A stretch of 64,000 nucleotides of DNA from assembly GCF_009914755.1 (NCBI RefSeq), contig NC_060926.1. One strand, written 5' to 3'. The notes under the pieces are model-generated. The model saw only the letters and a list, made by a program, of their open reading frames with translations, was not told the DNA's origin and did not search any database. Below are positions 30,382 through 48,324 of this stretch, in pieces. Position 1 is the stretch's first letter. Every line of letters starts with the position of its first letter. Made by a program: the position numbers and the translations under genes. The stretch comes from the human T2T-CHM13v2.0 reference genome, Homo sapiens.

Positions 30382-31409
30382 ATGAGGAAAAACCAGCACA
30401 AACATGCTAAAAATTTCCAAAAGTGAGAATACTTCTCCTCAAAGTGATTGTCATGCCTCTCCGGCAAGGGCACAAAACTGGACGGAGAATGAGATTGACG
30501 AAGTGTCATAAGTAGGCCTCAGACGGTGGGTAATAACAAACTCCACTGAGCTAAAGGAGCATGTTCTAACCCAATGCAAGCACGCTAAGAATCTTGAAAA
30601 AAAGGTTACAGGAATTGCTAACTAGAATACTCAGTTTAGAGAGGAACATATATGACCTGATGGAGCTGAAAAAAACAGCATGAGAACTTAGTGAAGCATG
30701 CAAAAGTTTCAATAGCCAAATCAATACAGTGGAAGAAAGGATATCAGAGATTGAAGACCACCTTGCTGAAATAAGGCATGAAAACAAGATTAGAGAAAAA
30801 AAGACTGAATAGGAACAAACAAAGCATCCAAGAAACATGGGACTATGTGAAAAGACCAAACCTATGATTGATTGATTGGTGTACCTGAAAGTGTTGGGAA
30901 GAATGGAACCAAGTTGGAAAACACATTTCAGGATATTATCCAGGAGAACTTCTCCAATCTAGCAAGAGGCCAACATTCAAATTCAGGAAATACAGAGAAC
31001 ACCACTAAGATACTCCACAAGAAAATTGACCCCAAGACACATAATCACCAGATTCTCCAAGGCTGAAATGAAGGCAAACATGTTAAGGGCAGCCAGAGAG
31101 AAAGGTCAGGTCACCTACAATGGGAAGCCCATCAGACTAACAGCAGATCTCTCTGCAGAAATCCTACAAGCCAAAAGAGAGTGGGGGCCAATATTCAACA
31201 TTCTTACAGAAAAGAATTTCCAACCCAGAATTTCATATCCAGCCAAACTAATCTTCATAAGTGAAGGAGAAATAAAATCCTTTACAAACAAGCAAATCCT
31301 AAAAGACTTCGTCACCACCAGGCCTGCCTTGCAAGAGCTCTTGAAGGAAGCACTAAATATGGAAAGGAACAACTGGTACCAGCCACTGCAAAAACACACC
31401 AAAATATAA
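30382..31409 (+). pseudogene. L1 ORF1p remnant (frameshifted)
   Basis: MRKNQ.. start; TPRHIITRF..REKGQVTYNGKPIRLTADLS..ARE-like EWGPIF..YPAKL..WYQPLQKHTKI end. Confidence 0.93.
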
Positions 31410-31472
31410 AGACCAATGACACTATGAAGAAACTACATCAACTAGTGTGCAAAATAACCAGCTAGCATTGCG

Positions 31473-35222
<3,750 letters not shown>

Positions 35223-35319
35223 TACTTGTCTTCATTTCTAGGCTCCAAGACTATTCATTTTTGGCAATTATTCTCAAGTCAGTGCCTATGAGAAACCCTG
35301 TATCCCTGTATTTTATGAC

Positions 35320-35408
35320 TTTTTTTTCTACTTCAAGTTCTGGGACACTTGTGCAGAACATGCAGGTTTGTGCTCTCCCTCCACTTGCCCCCCCCACCCC
35401 CTGACAGG
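35320..35408 (-). mobile_element. Inverted, internally deleted L1PA7-like 3' terminus
   Basis: T-tract + CTTCAAGTTCTGGGACACTTGTGCAGAACATGCAGGTTTG joined to TGCTCTCCCTCCACTTGCCCCCCCCACCCCCTGACAGG. Confidence 0.88.
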
Positions 35409-36329
35409 TCACAGGTGCTTTGTTTTCTGTTGTTTTCTGGAGTAAAGGAAAGGAAATTTCTGAAATTTGTCATAATACTGTCAAAGTATTCTTATGTTGC
35501 CTTCTTTGCTAACTAAAGTTTCAACGGAGTGTTTACTCATGGCTCAATATTAGTATCTTCTCAATTGCATTAAAACTTACTTCTGCTAACTACATTCCAG
35601 CAGTTTTAGATTATAGTCTCTGAAACCCAGCATGAGAGACTGAATAAGTTAATCAAATGAACTCAGACTATTGTTTGTGAAGGAGTTACACCTTTTAAGA
35701 GGTAGAGTTTAAACCATTAAAATATCTTCTAACAGCCCCACAAGAGGTCTATAATTATAATATATACCTGATACCTCATAGATTATCTCTGCCTATGAAT
35801 GGCAGACTTAATGATAAAACTGTGTTTGGGAGGAGCTAGAAACATTTAAAGTCATTGATAACTATTGACCACTAGGGAACTTCTATTCATTTGAAATGTT
35901 GAAAAAATGTTCCCTTAAGTTTTTAGATTTCAGCTCAGCATATAATGCAGTATGCACATTTATCACTTTATTTTCCTCTTGTTGAATTTTAATGTTACTT
36001 TTATGGCTTTATTTCAATATTTTTCTAGTGTGAGTCACATTACACTACACAATATCTGGCTTTTGTCCTTTGCAATACCATTCCTTTCCCCTCATCAATT
36101 CTTGTAAAAAACACTACTGAATGAATGAAACACTATGATTTTGTTCTAGACTTTCAGCTTGTCAGTTTGGCATTGAGCTATGAATATTCTGGAGCTAAAA
36201 TTTCCACAGTGTCAATATCCAAGTGTATCTGACCAAATCCAGGATTGAGTTTCTTCTTCTGATGGGCTTTAACCCTTAATCCTCTCCCCATATGTGAAGA
36301 GTATCATGTTGCTTGAAACCAGAACTCAA

Positions 36330-36885
36330 GTCCATACTTATAAATTTGCCTACTCACTAAAATGTCTTTGTAATGAATATTCATAGCATTTTTGCCATCA
36401 TTCAAGGACATATACAAAGTGATAAAAAAAAATTGAGTCACTCATTTCTTCCTTTCCCAGATGAGGTCAAACAAAGTAACATTCTGCTTGCGTTTCAGCT
36501 CCCTTACAGTGATGACAAGAGGATAAAGACAGGAGGAGCGGCGCAGTGTGGTACCAGAAGCTCCAGCTGAATCCTAGCTGTGGCATCTGCTACTGGGGCA
36601 GCCTCAGGGAAGTCACTTAATGCTCTGAATCTCATTTTATCTTTTGTAAAATAAAAGAAATGGAATCTATCAAGACGAGTAGTTTTTAAAATTTAAGATT
36701 ATAATCTTTGTGAGATAAATGTATAATTGTATTATATAATTACTCTTTATGATTGCATGTAATATCAAATTATTTAATGTAACATATATATAATTTTCCC
36801 TTAGGAGCAAAGGATTTGTATTTACTATTGGTGATCACTGTAACTTTATAAAAGCATAACCACCAAGATTAATGAGAATTAACTG
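36330..36885 (+). mobile_element. MER82/Tigger8-like TcMar-Tigger non-autonomous element with internal MIR-like segment
   Basis: AATTTGCCTACTCACTAAAAT...CCCAGATGAGGTCAAACAA at the 5' end; ...GAGAATTAACTG followed by the TA target at 36886-36887. Confidence 0.7.
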
Positions 36886-38258
36886 TACATAGGCTGACTA
36901 AAGACAGTGTTTAACAGGAAGTACGGTGTCATCTCAAAGTAACAGAAACTAGAAAACCCAAGAAAAAACTAAAATCTATTATAAATGTTAAAATAATTTA
37001 AAGTGTTAAGATTAAAACCAGTACAAGAATCAATACCTTTCTCATATACCACTATGATGACCTAGAACCATTTTATCTATACAACAAGTATTAGACTTCA
37101 GGAAAATGACAGTAAGTCTCCAATTATTAGAGGTATATGGAGCTCAAACCTTTATTCCCAGGAAAACTGTCTAACAAGTCTGACAGATGTGGATGTGAAA
37201 GGGGCAAGGAGCCCTTTCTATTTGCAGACATTGTATTACTTACATGGACAGTAAAATCAAGAATAGTAAAGGTGATGTGTCACTACATCCCTTGTCCCAA
37301 CAGCAGAACAGGGACAACACCAAGACGAAGGAGGCAGATGACAATGCAACACGAGTGGTGGGGCACCCTGCTGCTGAGGAGCTAAATATACACTGTAGCT
37401 AACGAGTGTCACAGTGTGCAGCTAGACCCAGAAGGAGAAGGCAAGCCAAAAATTCTCATACCTTATCAGAACCTGGGAGATGAAAACTATCTCAGAGGTG
37501 GTTTCTATGGGATAGACAGTAGGCGAGAAGTGGGCTCATACCAACTCCTCCTAAGACCCTCATGCTTTACATTCCAGGAGAATCACAGGGCATTCTGCGA
37601 GATCAGCTGTTTTTAAGCCTTCCCTATGTTGCCAGTGTGGAAGTGTGCAAGGTCATTGGGACACCAGCCTGGAAGAGTTCCTATTACTGCGTTGTATTTA
37701 ATAACAAAATTAGGACTTAGATCAAATTCTGACAGGTACAAATGGTTACTATCAAGTGTTCAAAACTGATCAAATAACTAGTTCTTGTATCTCAAGGCAA
37801 GATATATTCTGACCAATATCTAGCTTAAAAGACTCAGTCTGAGGTGGACATAATGGCATTCCGATGGGCGGGCAAGTCAGTTGGGTCATCCCACGGTTTG
37901 ATATGTGAAGTGGAGAAACACAAATTAAGTAAGACTCCCTATCTTAGGTGCTGCTACCAAGCTTTGGGAAACAGGGCTTGCTTTTCCTGGGATATTCAAC
38001 CTCATTTTTGCTAAGGCAGTGGGGTTCCTTAAAAGCTTTTCAGCCTTATCACATAACTTAAACTCTATTAGCCTAATTATAATAGGTAACATATATTTCT
38101 GACATCTATCTTAATAGTCAGTAAATCTTCTCGTATATATTTCAATAACAGTATTTGAAGTGATCAAGTGATATTTTTGAGTATATATTTCTGATACACT
38201 AGCATCTTTAAAAACTAATTAACCAGCCCTATGGTAAGGGTTAAAATTAACTTATATC

Positions 38259-38313
38259 ATGCGCGTGCGTGCACACACACACACACACTCACATACACAC
38301 ACACGTACACACA
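38259..38313. repeat. Alternating purine-pyrimidine tract (GC/CA)n, Z-DNA-prone
   Basis: ATGCGCGTGCGTGCACACACAC... Confidence 0.8.
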
Positions 38314-38513
38314 GATCCAGCATACATTAAGTATATATTACATTGTTTCTACTTCAACATCCTGAAGGGAAATCATTTAAAACCATGTAATAGAAACATC
38401 CAGATAGACCATGTAATGGAAGAAAATTCTCATTTACCAAAACAATTAAAAAATTAAATAAATGAACAGACTACCTATGAACTTACGTGCTGAATATATA
38501 AAGAAAAAATTCA

Positions 38514-38861
<348 letters not shown>

Positions 38862-39279
38862 TTAAAAGGTGATTTGAAATAGAAAAAATATATCATGCTT
38901 TTGATTAGGAATGTTCAATATCATGAAGATGTCAGTTCTCCATAAATCAATCTATAAAATTAATATGATTTTGTAAAAACAACAATACCAATTGGACAGG
39001 ATCTTTTAAAACTTTATATTTTAAAAAAAAGCAAAAACAATTTAAACCGCATAACTTTTTTAAAAAAGGTATAATGGGGGATAGTCCTATCAGATATTAA
39101 ACTATATCTTCTAATTTAAACAATGAGGAGTTAGCACATTAAGAGTTCAATGGAAAGTCCCCAAAGTGCAGACATAGAAGATAAAATATATAGTGGAATT
39201 TTGTTTATAATAAAGTTTACATTTGAGATCATAGGTGAAAAAATAGAAGATTAATAAATTCGATTGGGACAACTGGTTA

Positions 39280-39412
39280 GCCAACTAAAAATATTATTTC
39301 TTTATAATTTACATGAAAATAAATTTCAGATGCATTAAAGACTTAGGCCAACTAAAAATATTCTTTCTTCACAATTTACATGAAAATAAATTTCAGATGC
39401 ATGAAAGACTTA
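39280..39412. repeat. 67-bp tandem duplication inside the L1ME relic
   Basis: Copies start at 39280 and 39347; about 4 mismatches. Confidence 0.92.
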
Positions 39413-39743
39413 AGTATGAAAAATAAAACTTAGAAGAAAATTTGAAAAAAACTTTTATGTTGGAAAGTTCTTTTAAATTATGGAGTAAAACAAGTCATAA
39501 AAAATGAATTTGATTATATAACTCTAAATTATTCTACACAACAAATAAAAAATACACAAAAACATCAGAAACAAAATTTAAATTTTTAATTCATATAATA
39601 TGAAATTGGTTAATTTTTCTATTATGCAAAAGTTTTCTATAAATTAATAAGAACACATAAAAGCAACCCAAGTTAAAAGGGGAAAAAAATTTAGATAAGT
39701 CAGAGAAATGCAAATAGAGATGGCCCTTAAGAACATGAAAAGA

Positions 39744-40039
39744 GGCCAGGCGCGGTGGCTCACGCCTGTAATCCCAGCACTTTGGGAGGCCCAGGCGGGC
39801 AGATCACGAGGTCAGGAGATGGAGACCATCCTGGCTAACTCAGCGAAACCCCGTCTCTACTGAAAATACAAAAAATTAGCCAGGTGCGGTGGCGGACTCC
39901 TGTAGTCCCAGCTACTCGGGAGGCTGAGGCAGGAGAATGCGTGAACCCGGGAAGCGGAGCTTGCAGTGAGCCGAGATCGTGCCACTGCACTCCAGCCTGG
40001 GCGATACAGTGAGACTCCGTCTCAAAAAAAAAAAAAAAA
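39744..40039 (+). mobile_element. AluY
   Basis: CpG-rich, AluY diagnostics (GAGACCATCCTGGCTAAC, GCGTGAACCCGGG, GGAGCTTGCAG); perfect 15-bp TSD AAGAACATGAAAAGA. Confidence 0.97.
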
Positions 40040-41501
40040 AAGAACATGAAAAGATGCTGAAACTCAAACGCCTTCATAATAAGATAAATAAAAGTTAAAA
40101 TTATGAAATAATTTTTATCAAGTAGCAAAAATTAAAATGCTTACAAACACATTGTGTTGGCGAGGGTATGGAAAACAGGCATTCATACTTTTTCTAGGAA
40201 TACAAAATGGTACTATTTTATGGCAATAATTTGGCAACATCTATAGAAATTTGATGCTAAATATGTCCATATATTCATTGCAGCTTTATATTTGTAATAG
40301 CACAATATTTTTAAAAATTCTAAATAATAGGATTGGTTAAATACATTATGTAACATTTATATAATAGAAGAGTTTGCGTTACAAAGAAAATGAGGGACAC
40401 CATTATGTATGGATATGTAACAAATACATACCGTCAAAACACACACTAAGTGACAAAAGCAAAGTACAGAAGAGTTTGTTGAGTGTTTGTCAAAAGAGAA
40501 AAAATAACATACATGTCCACCTGTCCACATACAGAGAATGTCTGCACAAAGGCACAAGAATTTGACTGGTGGCAGCTCCCGGAAAAGGAAACTCAGTTGC
40601 TGAGAGATCCAATTGAAAGAGAAACTTACTTTTTATTTTACACTTTCTTGTACCTTTTGCTATTATATCATGTGTATGTGATATGTATTCAAAGAAAAAG
40701 TAAGACTAATATTATCAAACATTTCAAAATAATGTGTAGTGATTTACGAGGTTATCTTTCATGGAAGCGTAGTGCTAAGGGAAAGAGCCATATTCGTACT
40801 CCGGAGAAACAAGGTATCTGACGAGGTAACTATCAATCAGGAGTGGAGCCAGAAAATTGAGCACAAAGGAAGTTTAAGAGCTAAATCAAGGAATACCAAC
40901 TGTCTGCCCTTGCATCCGCCAACCTTATTTTAGGTAACATATATGGCTGTCTCCAGGGCGTGATTCAGCCTGTCTTGGCAATTTGAAAATCATTTTAATA
41001 ATACCCTTAAACTTTAAGGGACTAAAATCAATAGTGTTTACTGTATCGATTTATCAATTTCCACTCGCCATCTACTGGCACAGATGTTTTTAAACTAATT
41101 TTAGCATCAGACTTTCTTAAAAAGTAAAATATTGTTCAGCATCTCAATATCTATATAAATGAAATGAAGCTGTTCTGTTTCTGCGAGGGAAGAGTGGTGG
41201 AGGCCCACCAGCCCATCTGCTGAAACTTCCTGTTCAGATACTCTTCTCAGCAGCCCACCCACCTTAGTTTCATTGAATGCAGCCCCAAAACCTTTGTTTC
41301 ATGGGGGATAAAAGGAGTAAAGATAAAGAAAAACAGAGGTTTGGTGTGGGTAACATAAGAATTCTCCAGCAAGTAGCAAGACAGGCCACGGGTGGTAGTG
41401 GTTTTGCTGGCACTGTATTCTGCCTCTCGATATTGATAAAATATTTTATTTTGTGCTACAAATAGGATCTCTCTAAATACCTTTTCAGCCCTCCTCCAAC
41501 C

Positions 41502-41608
41502 TATGTGTGTGTATACATACATATGTATGGGTGTTTATATATATATAATATATATATGTGTGTGTATATATATATATATTTAAAGCATATCTATATATAT
41601 TATATATG
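41502..41608. repeat. (TA/TG)-rich low-complexity tract
   Basis: Direct reading. Confidence 0.85.
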
Positions 41609-42044
41609 TGTAGGGGAGAATAATATCTTTTCCAAACCTGTTACTGAGATCCCTAAAACAAAAGGCAGATTACCAAAAGAAGAGCATAACATTTTATTTA
41701 AAAAAGAGCTTTAGGTGACATGGGAACATTCAAAAATGAAGACCCAGAGACTCAGGGAAAACTGTATCTTTATGGACAGTCACACAAAAGTGTGTTTGGA
41801 GGACAAAGGGGTATAATTTAATAGCAGTAAACCAGGGGGAGCTTAGCAAGGCTTGTTTGTTCAGATTCTTCTTAGCGTCTGTGTGTGTCATTGTTTCCCT
41901 CCAGATATAGGACAGAACTACTGTCACATAAGCGTCTTCATGGGGGGGAGGAAAAGAGAATGACCTGCTTGCTTCTGCGGTTTTCGCAGTTTCTTTCAGC
42001 TTGAATTATTCATTATGCCAAAGTATAATGTTCTGAGCCCTGAC
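41609..42044 (-). mobile_element. MER34/MER39-group ERV1 solo LTR
   Basis: Reverse complement begins TGTCAGGGCTCAGAACATTATACTTTGGCATAATGAATAATTCAAGCTGAA and ends ...CTCCCCTACA. Confidence 0.7.
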
Positions 42045-42106
42045 ACACACACACATATATGCATATTCTATACATATATATGTATTATATACAGTATATA
42101 TCTATA

Positions 42107-42218
42107 CTGTATTATATACAGTAATATACATCACACACATATATATGTATATTCTATATATACATATTCTATATATACATATATATGTGTGTGATGTATA
42201 TTACTGTATATAATACAG
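42107..42218. repeat. Perfect AT-rich inverted repeat, 46-bp arms, 20-bp spacer
   Basis: 42107-42152 is the exact reverse complement of 42173-42218. Confidence 0.95.
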
Positions 42219-42369
42219 ATATTACATAAATAATCGTATATCTCTCACACACACAAATGGCTTTCTGCTTTTCAGTCTTCACATATAATAATTTATACTC
42301 ATGAAGTATGTTTCCATTGCACTCCTGAGTTAGAGGTTCAGTCGCTATAATATGTCATGATTGGTTCGT

Positions 42370-42580
42370 TGAGTAGTGTAGGCTGAAAAATCTGACATTT
42401 GCCCAAACCATTCTCTGTTACACTGTGCAGAATTGAGCAAGTTACTTAAGCTTTGCCATCCAGTTTCAACATTGGGAGTGCAAGTGTATTTACTAGTAGT
42501 GTTTCTATCAATGTTAACATTAATTCATGTATGTGAAGAACCTGACATGGTAATTGCTTAATAAACTGTTTGTAATCCCA
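42370..42580 (+). mobile_element. MIR
   Basis: TTGAGCAAGTTACTTAAGCTT...ATGTATGTGAAGAACCTGACATGGTAATTGCTTAATAAA. Confidence 0.65.
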
Positions 42581-44019
42581 GCACCACTCTCCAACCTTCT
42601 TCTTTTCTTTGTCGACTAAAGGAAGAGTAACAATAATCAGGAGCATTAAAAATACTGTTTTTCAATAGAATGGAAATATATGTATCTTTATTCTAGCATT
42701 TAGCTAACACATACAATGGAAAAATATCACATATATAAAGATGATGGACATAAAATCTATGTTAGTATTTCACAAGAATCATACATACTTTTTCGTAAGT
42801 TTGCCCACAGGTTTATTATAGCACTAGTGTCAATAAATAACACTGTGCACATATTTACAAGAATATATTATATGCATGCCATTTCCTTGTCACAGCTGAA
42901 GCCTATCTCATGTAACATATGCACTAGGAAATCTTACAATCAAGGGGAATTTTTTTTAAACATCAATCCTTTTTGAGTCTTCCTTGGGTTGGACAAGAAA
43001 TAGCATTTAAATGTCAGGTGTAATATATATCTGAATAGGATTTGTCATTATTAGTAAATTTGAAATATTCTGGAATGAGATGTTACCTGGGAATCACTTT
43101 CATGATACTTAGTTGAGCCTAGCATATCTCAGAATACCTCTCGTCTTCCCTCTGAGTTGGTCTTCCTGCTTTCGGTCTCTTCCTTGCTTAAAGAGTTATG
43201 TCTGTTAATACTTAAAATTAAGATTAAATAATTTAACTAGTTGTTCAAGACTAGTTACTCCCAATCAAACAGTAAGTACCCTCTCATCTGTGTGTGATAA
43301 TGCTAGTTAAGCCAGGAGTTGAGTTCAGGTTCTCTGACACCATATTCACATTCCACATGGGCTGTCACTATGCTACTCTATTAGCCTGGTTGATGAATCT
43401 CTGCACTCCAGCCTGGATTTTCTGTGTTCATTCTTACCTCCGAGATTTTCATCACATTTTTGCCCTTACCTGGAATCACATCACTCCTTCTCCATCTCCA
43501 CATATTCAACTCGTGATACCTAGTTCAAGTCTAGCTTTTTCTAAAGGATTACTTGTAGCAACTATACCTTCTCTGCATTTATAATTATAGTAGCTCATTA
43601 ACTCATTTGATATATGACCATTAATATATTTCTCTAAGTCTAATAGTTTTATGATTATTAGTCATATCATGCAGGAATTGTGATTGTACTTTTTTTGAAC
43701 CTCTTCAGCACAGTAAAGGAGTGAAGAGTGGCTAGTCTCTGTATTCATGCCTAATTTATTCGGGTTGAATTTGCCTAAATGATTGGTTCGTTCTTTTGTG
43801 TTTATTGTAACATTTATGTTTTAGAATTTGTTTTTCATTTTTCTGCTCAGATTCTTGCTACCATACATACTCTGCATACAGATAGTAATAAATTTTATGA
43901 GATTTAGTTTAGTGGTGTTCAAATTTTGGTGTACATATAGACTTTCCTGGGATCTTTTTCAAAATATACAAGCTGGTTTCTATTTCCCACAGTGTAGTGT
44001 AATAGACACTCTAACTGGC

Positions 44020-45150
44020 ACTCTTGATTAAAACAAACTACGAATGTGGGAAAAGTACTAAAACAATAATTATAAATCCATTACTGAGCTGACATTTGCA
44101 GAAGCCAAAATGAAGTAAAAGCAAGGATTATTATGAAAGTGAGGACCAAAGCCAGCCTTCACTTTGTGATGCAGTGGTTCCATTTCAATGGTTGCACGAG
44201 AGGCAAGAGATTGGAAGCAACTATGATGGAAGTTTAGTAGAAGACTACTGCAAAAGCTGAAAGATGAAAAAGTAATAAATGGGCAAATACTAAGAAAACT
44301 AGTTTTTCTTGATCTTGATGAACTGAGAAGGGGAAGGAGGCTAGAATATTCCCTATATAGGTTTATGGTCTGGACACATGCTACCAATGTATTTCAAAAA
44401 AACTCAAGAAGATAACTTAATTGAAAGTGCTCACAGGCTGGTAGTGACCACAGATAACCAACAGAAGCAGAGAAAATTACTTTTGAAGGAACACAATTTT
44501 AATAAAAGTATCAAAGAATTTCCACAGAGAATTTTTGAGGAATGTTTGCTCAGAGTTAAAATGAACAAAACACAAAACAGAAGAAAACAAAGAAACATGA
44601 ATAAAAGATCAGGGGATCATGGGGAATAGACTGTAGAATTAGATACAAAAGATATGTTTATTTAATGTATCTAATGGAGACTCTCACATTAGAAAACAGA
44701 ATATGTATCAAGACATAAAAGAGATGCTTGAAGAAATAATCTACATATTAGTTTTGGTGAATATATATGACTGGGTATATTTGTCAAAAACTTAACTTAT
44801 ACACCTACAAAAGGTGACTATTACTGACTACAAATTGAACCTCAAAAATCTGACTTAATGAAAGAATAAACATCTTCAAAGGTCTTTTTAAAAAACAAAT
44901 AAAATGTGGGACAGCACTAAAGTGATAATTACAGGGATATTTATAGCCTTAAATGTTTCTAGTTGTAAAGAAAAAAGGCTGAAAAGAGATCTGAAACATC
45001 AACTTTAGACAACAGGAAACAACAAAATATCTCTAAAGAGAATAGAAAGAAATAATAAAATAAATGCTTAAATTAATATAATAGGAAACAAATATTCAGT
45101 AACAAATGCCAACAAGCAGCTAAATGTTGTTTTTTGGGGCAAGAACTAAT
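44020..45150 (+). mobile_element. Ancient L1M fragments
   Basis: Degenerate L1 motifs (GTGGGACAGCACTAAAGTGATAATTACAGGGATATTTATAGCCTTAAATG). Confidence 0.55.
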
Positions 45151-45829
45151 TTTTTAGTTGTATTAGTAACAAGTGACCACCAGAACGGGCTAGAAACCCA
45201 TTTAGTCAAAGAATGACAGCTGTTTCACTAACCGCTTCTGAAAGACCGCCAACCACGAACAGACACACTCTGATAGCCGCACTTCTACAACTAAATATAA
45301 CCAATCATTAACACCTGTGTCTGTGTTTGTGTAATTCTTGAACTCTGTGCTTGCCATAACCTTCTATAAATGTTCTCTGCTTGGCTCAGAGAGAATGTCA
45401 TTAGTGTCACCTTTGCATACTCAGTTGTAGTTCTTTCAGTTGTTACTGCACACCTCTTGAAAGTTTTCAGCAGGTTCAAGTCTCTTTCTGCTTTTCTGTA
45501 CAACTTGGTGCCCTTGCTCTAGAAGACTCTTGCTGTTCACCTGTAAACTTGTAGCCCAGACCTCTTCTCTTTCTTGATATATAACCAACTAATGATCGAA
45601 CATCACCTGTATGCTCTGTAGACACTTCAGATAGATGTGTGTAAACCGAACTCACCTAGCCCTCCTCTTCCTCTATTCCTTATTTAGTACCAGCATCAAC
45701 CCAGTCTCCTCAGCTAGAAACCTGGGTTTCATAGTTAACACCTGTGTCTCTTTACCTGCCCCCCCCCCCACCCCGCTCCCCAATCAATCAAGCACCAAAA
45801 CCTGTTCATTGAGCCGCCTAAAAATGTCT

Positions 45830-46000
45830 TTAGTTCAAGAGTTCACAACCTTGACTGCCCATTGGAATCACCTGGACAACTTTAAAATGTACCAATGATT
45901 CAGTTTAAATTTTGATTTAAATGGTCGGGGGGTGGGTGCTGAATTTCAGGATGTTTAAAATCTTCTTAGTATTCTAATGTGAAGCGAAAGTAGAGAACCA
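45830..46000. mobile_element. MER5A-like hAT-Charlie MITE
   Basis: AACCTTGACTGCCCATTGGAATCACCTGG...ATTCTAATGTGAAGCGAAAGTAGAGAACCA. Confidence 0.65.
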
Positions 46001-46515
46001 AGCATGGCTCTGTCTCCTCACCTCCATTATCACATAACTTCAGGCCCCACAATTTCTTACATGAATTATTGAAGCCATTATTAAGATCAGTCAGGCTCCT
46101 GGTCTCTAGTGTTATTCACTTCAAATTCATCCTTCACACAAAATAATAGCATGTAGCTATAGAAATATGACAATTTATCTTCCTTTTAAAAATTTTTCCA
46201 TGCCTGGCCATTAATAAAGTATAAAGTCTAAATTCTTTTAACAAGTCCTTCAGCCACTTCCATCACGTGCCCCCAATCTGATGATGCATGGCCTCATTTC
46301 TTGCCACTTGGCTTTTCAATATAATCTAGCATCACTGAGATGTTTATTTTCTCGTATGCATCCTGTTGTGCTTTTTCTTTTACATAGAATGACTATTCAC
46401 CTACCAGCAATCTAGTTAGACTGATTCACTAGTTTATAAAATAGTCCAATACTTCCTTCTCCAAGAAGCCTCCTTTAACTCTCTGAGGCTGAGGCTGGAT
46501 GTTGTTGCCCCTTGC

Positions 46516-46913
<398 letters not shown>

Positions 46914-48324
46914 TAGGCTATAAGTTTCTTGAGTCCTCTCAGAATTTGATTTAACTCTTGATATGGTTTGGACTGATGGGAAATACAATGATCAATAACA
47001 ATGGTATTTGTATTCCATTTGCTCATAATTTACATGCACAGGTAATTAAATTACTAATAGAGTTGGACAGATGAAACAGTATCTATATGAATACAGTCCA
47101 ACAGGAACATAGAGGAAGATACAATTTACTGTACAGGGGCGTGGAAGTGAGGTGTTAGAAATGACTGATTAGGAGATTACACACCATCTAGAACTGAGCT
47201 CATTAAAACAAGTGCAGTTAAAATATACATAAGTTTCACCAGACCCATAAGAGTCTTAATGGTAGTTTCTTTACTCTGCATTAGAATGTCTTTGCTTTCC
47301 ACAATGTTGGTTATAATCACTAGGTTTTCATTTTGCAGACAGAGGCGCTGATAGAAAGATTTCCAAGTGAAAATTTATGGTAATGATGTCTGGTTACAAT
47401 GCTTTGCATATAGTGAAATCTTCCATAATGTAAGTACTTTCTCTGGTTTTTACTTATGGGATAGTCAGAGACCTATAAATATTGCTTGACCACGTGGACC
47501 ACAATGTGAGCAGAGAGAAGGGAAAATGAGCTCTTTGCAGTTTTCATCCTACCGCCAGGTTACAATTATTAAACTTCCATTTCCATTATACATTTGTAAT
47601 CTCTCATCAGCCTAGTTAATTGACTACTTGAACTTCCAAAACTCTGCTTAAAACAAGTAAGTTATAGAAATCAAGATATTCAGAGAATCAAAAGGTGAAA
47701 GTGGTTTATGCATGCTACATTCCTGTTTTTCCTTTGAATACTTCCTTTTGCTGAAATACTCATTTCGGAAGTGCTGCGTTAGACAAATTGTATCTCTATT
47801 CTAAGATAATGGAAATACAATTTCTAAAAGTAAATTCATTGTCACAAAATAATGATGCAACTAAACAATTTGGTTCCCTCTTAGGTTTCATAACAAAGTA
47901 ATTCCACTTAAATTGTGTGAATAATGAAAGTAACTTTATTTGGGAGACTTGGTAGTTGCTGGTACTAAATAAAGAATACAGGTATATAGCTTTGCATTGT
48001 CAGAGAATATTTAATTAAAATCTTCTTACTGGGGAATAATATGTTAGAGTTAGCAACAACTCTTTCAGATCAGTGGGCAACATTTAGTGCACTTAACAGT
48101 TACTAATTTTCTTTCTTAAAGTGTTTCCTTACTGACTTACAATGTACTCAGGCATTCTGCTAAAACATTCATTAAAATACATATGAAAAATTTGTAATTT
48201 TTCTTCAGCATGAAAATGTCCCAATTTTCTAAAATTATTTTTTTCTTCTGGAGAAAACCTTTTTTCTGCCTCTAAACTTTTATTCTTTGGTGTAACAGAG
48301 CTCCAAAGGGGGAAAAAAAAAGTG

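Noticed and set aside
47300-47900. Unique-looking segment with a palindromic E-box (CCACGTGG near 47490) as an enhancer
   Set aside because: A single short motif; conservation or chromatin state cannot be judged from sequence alone.
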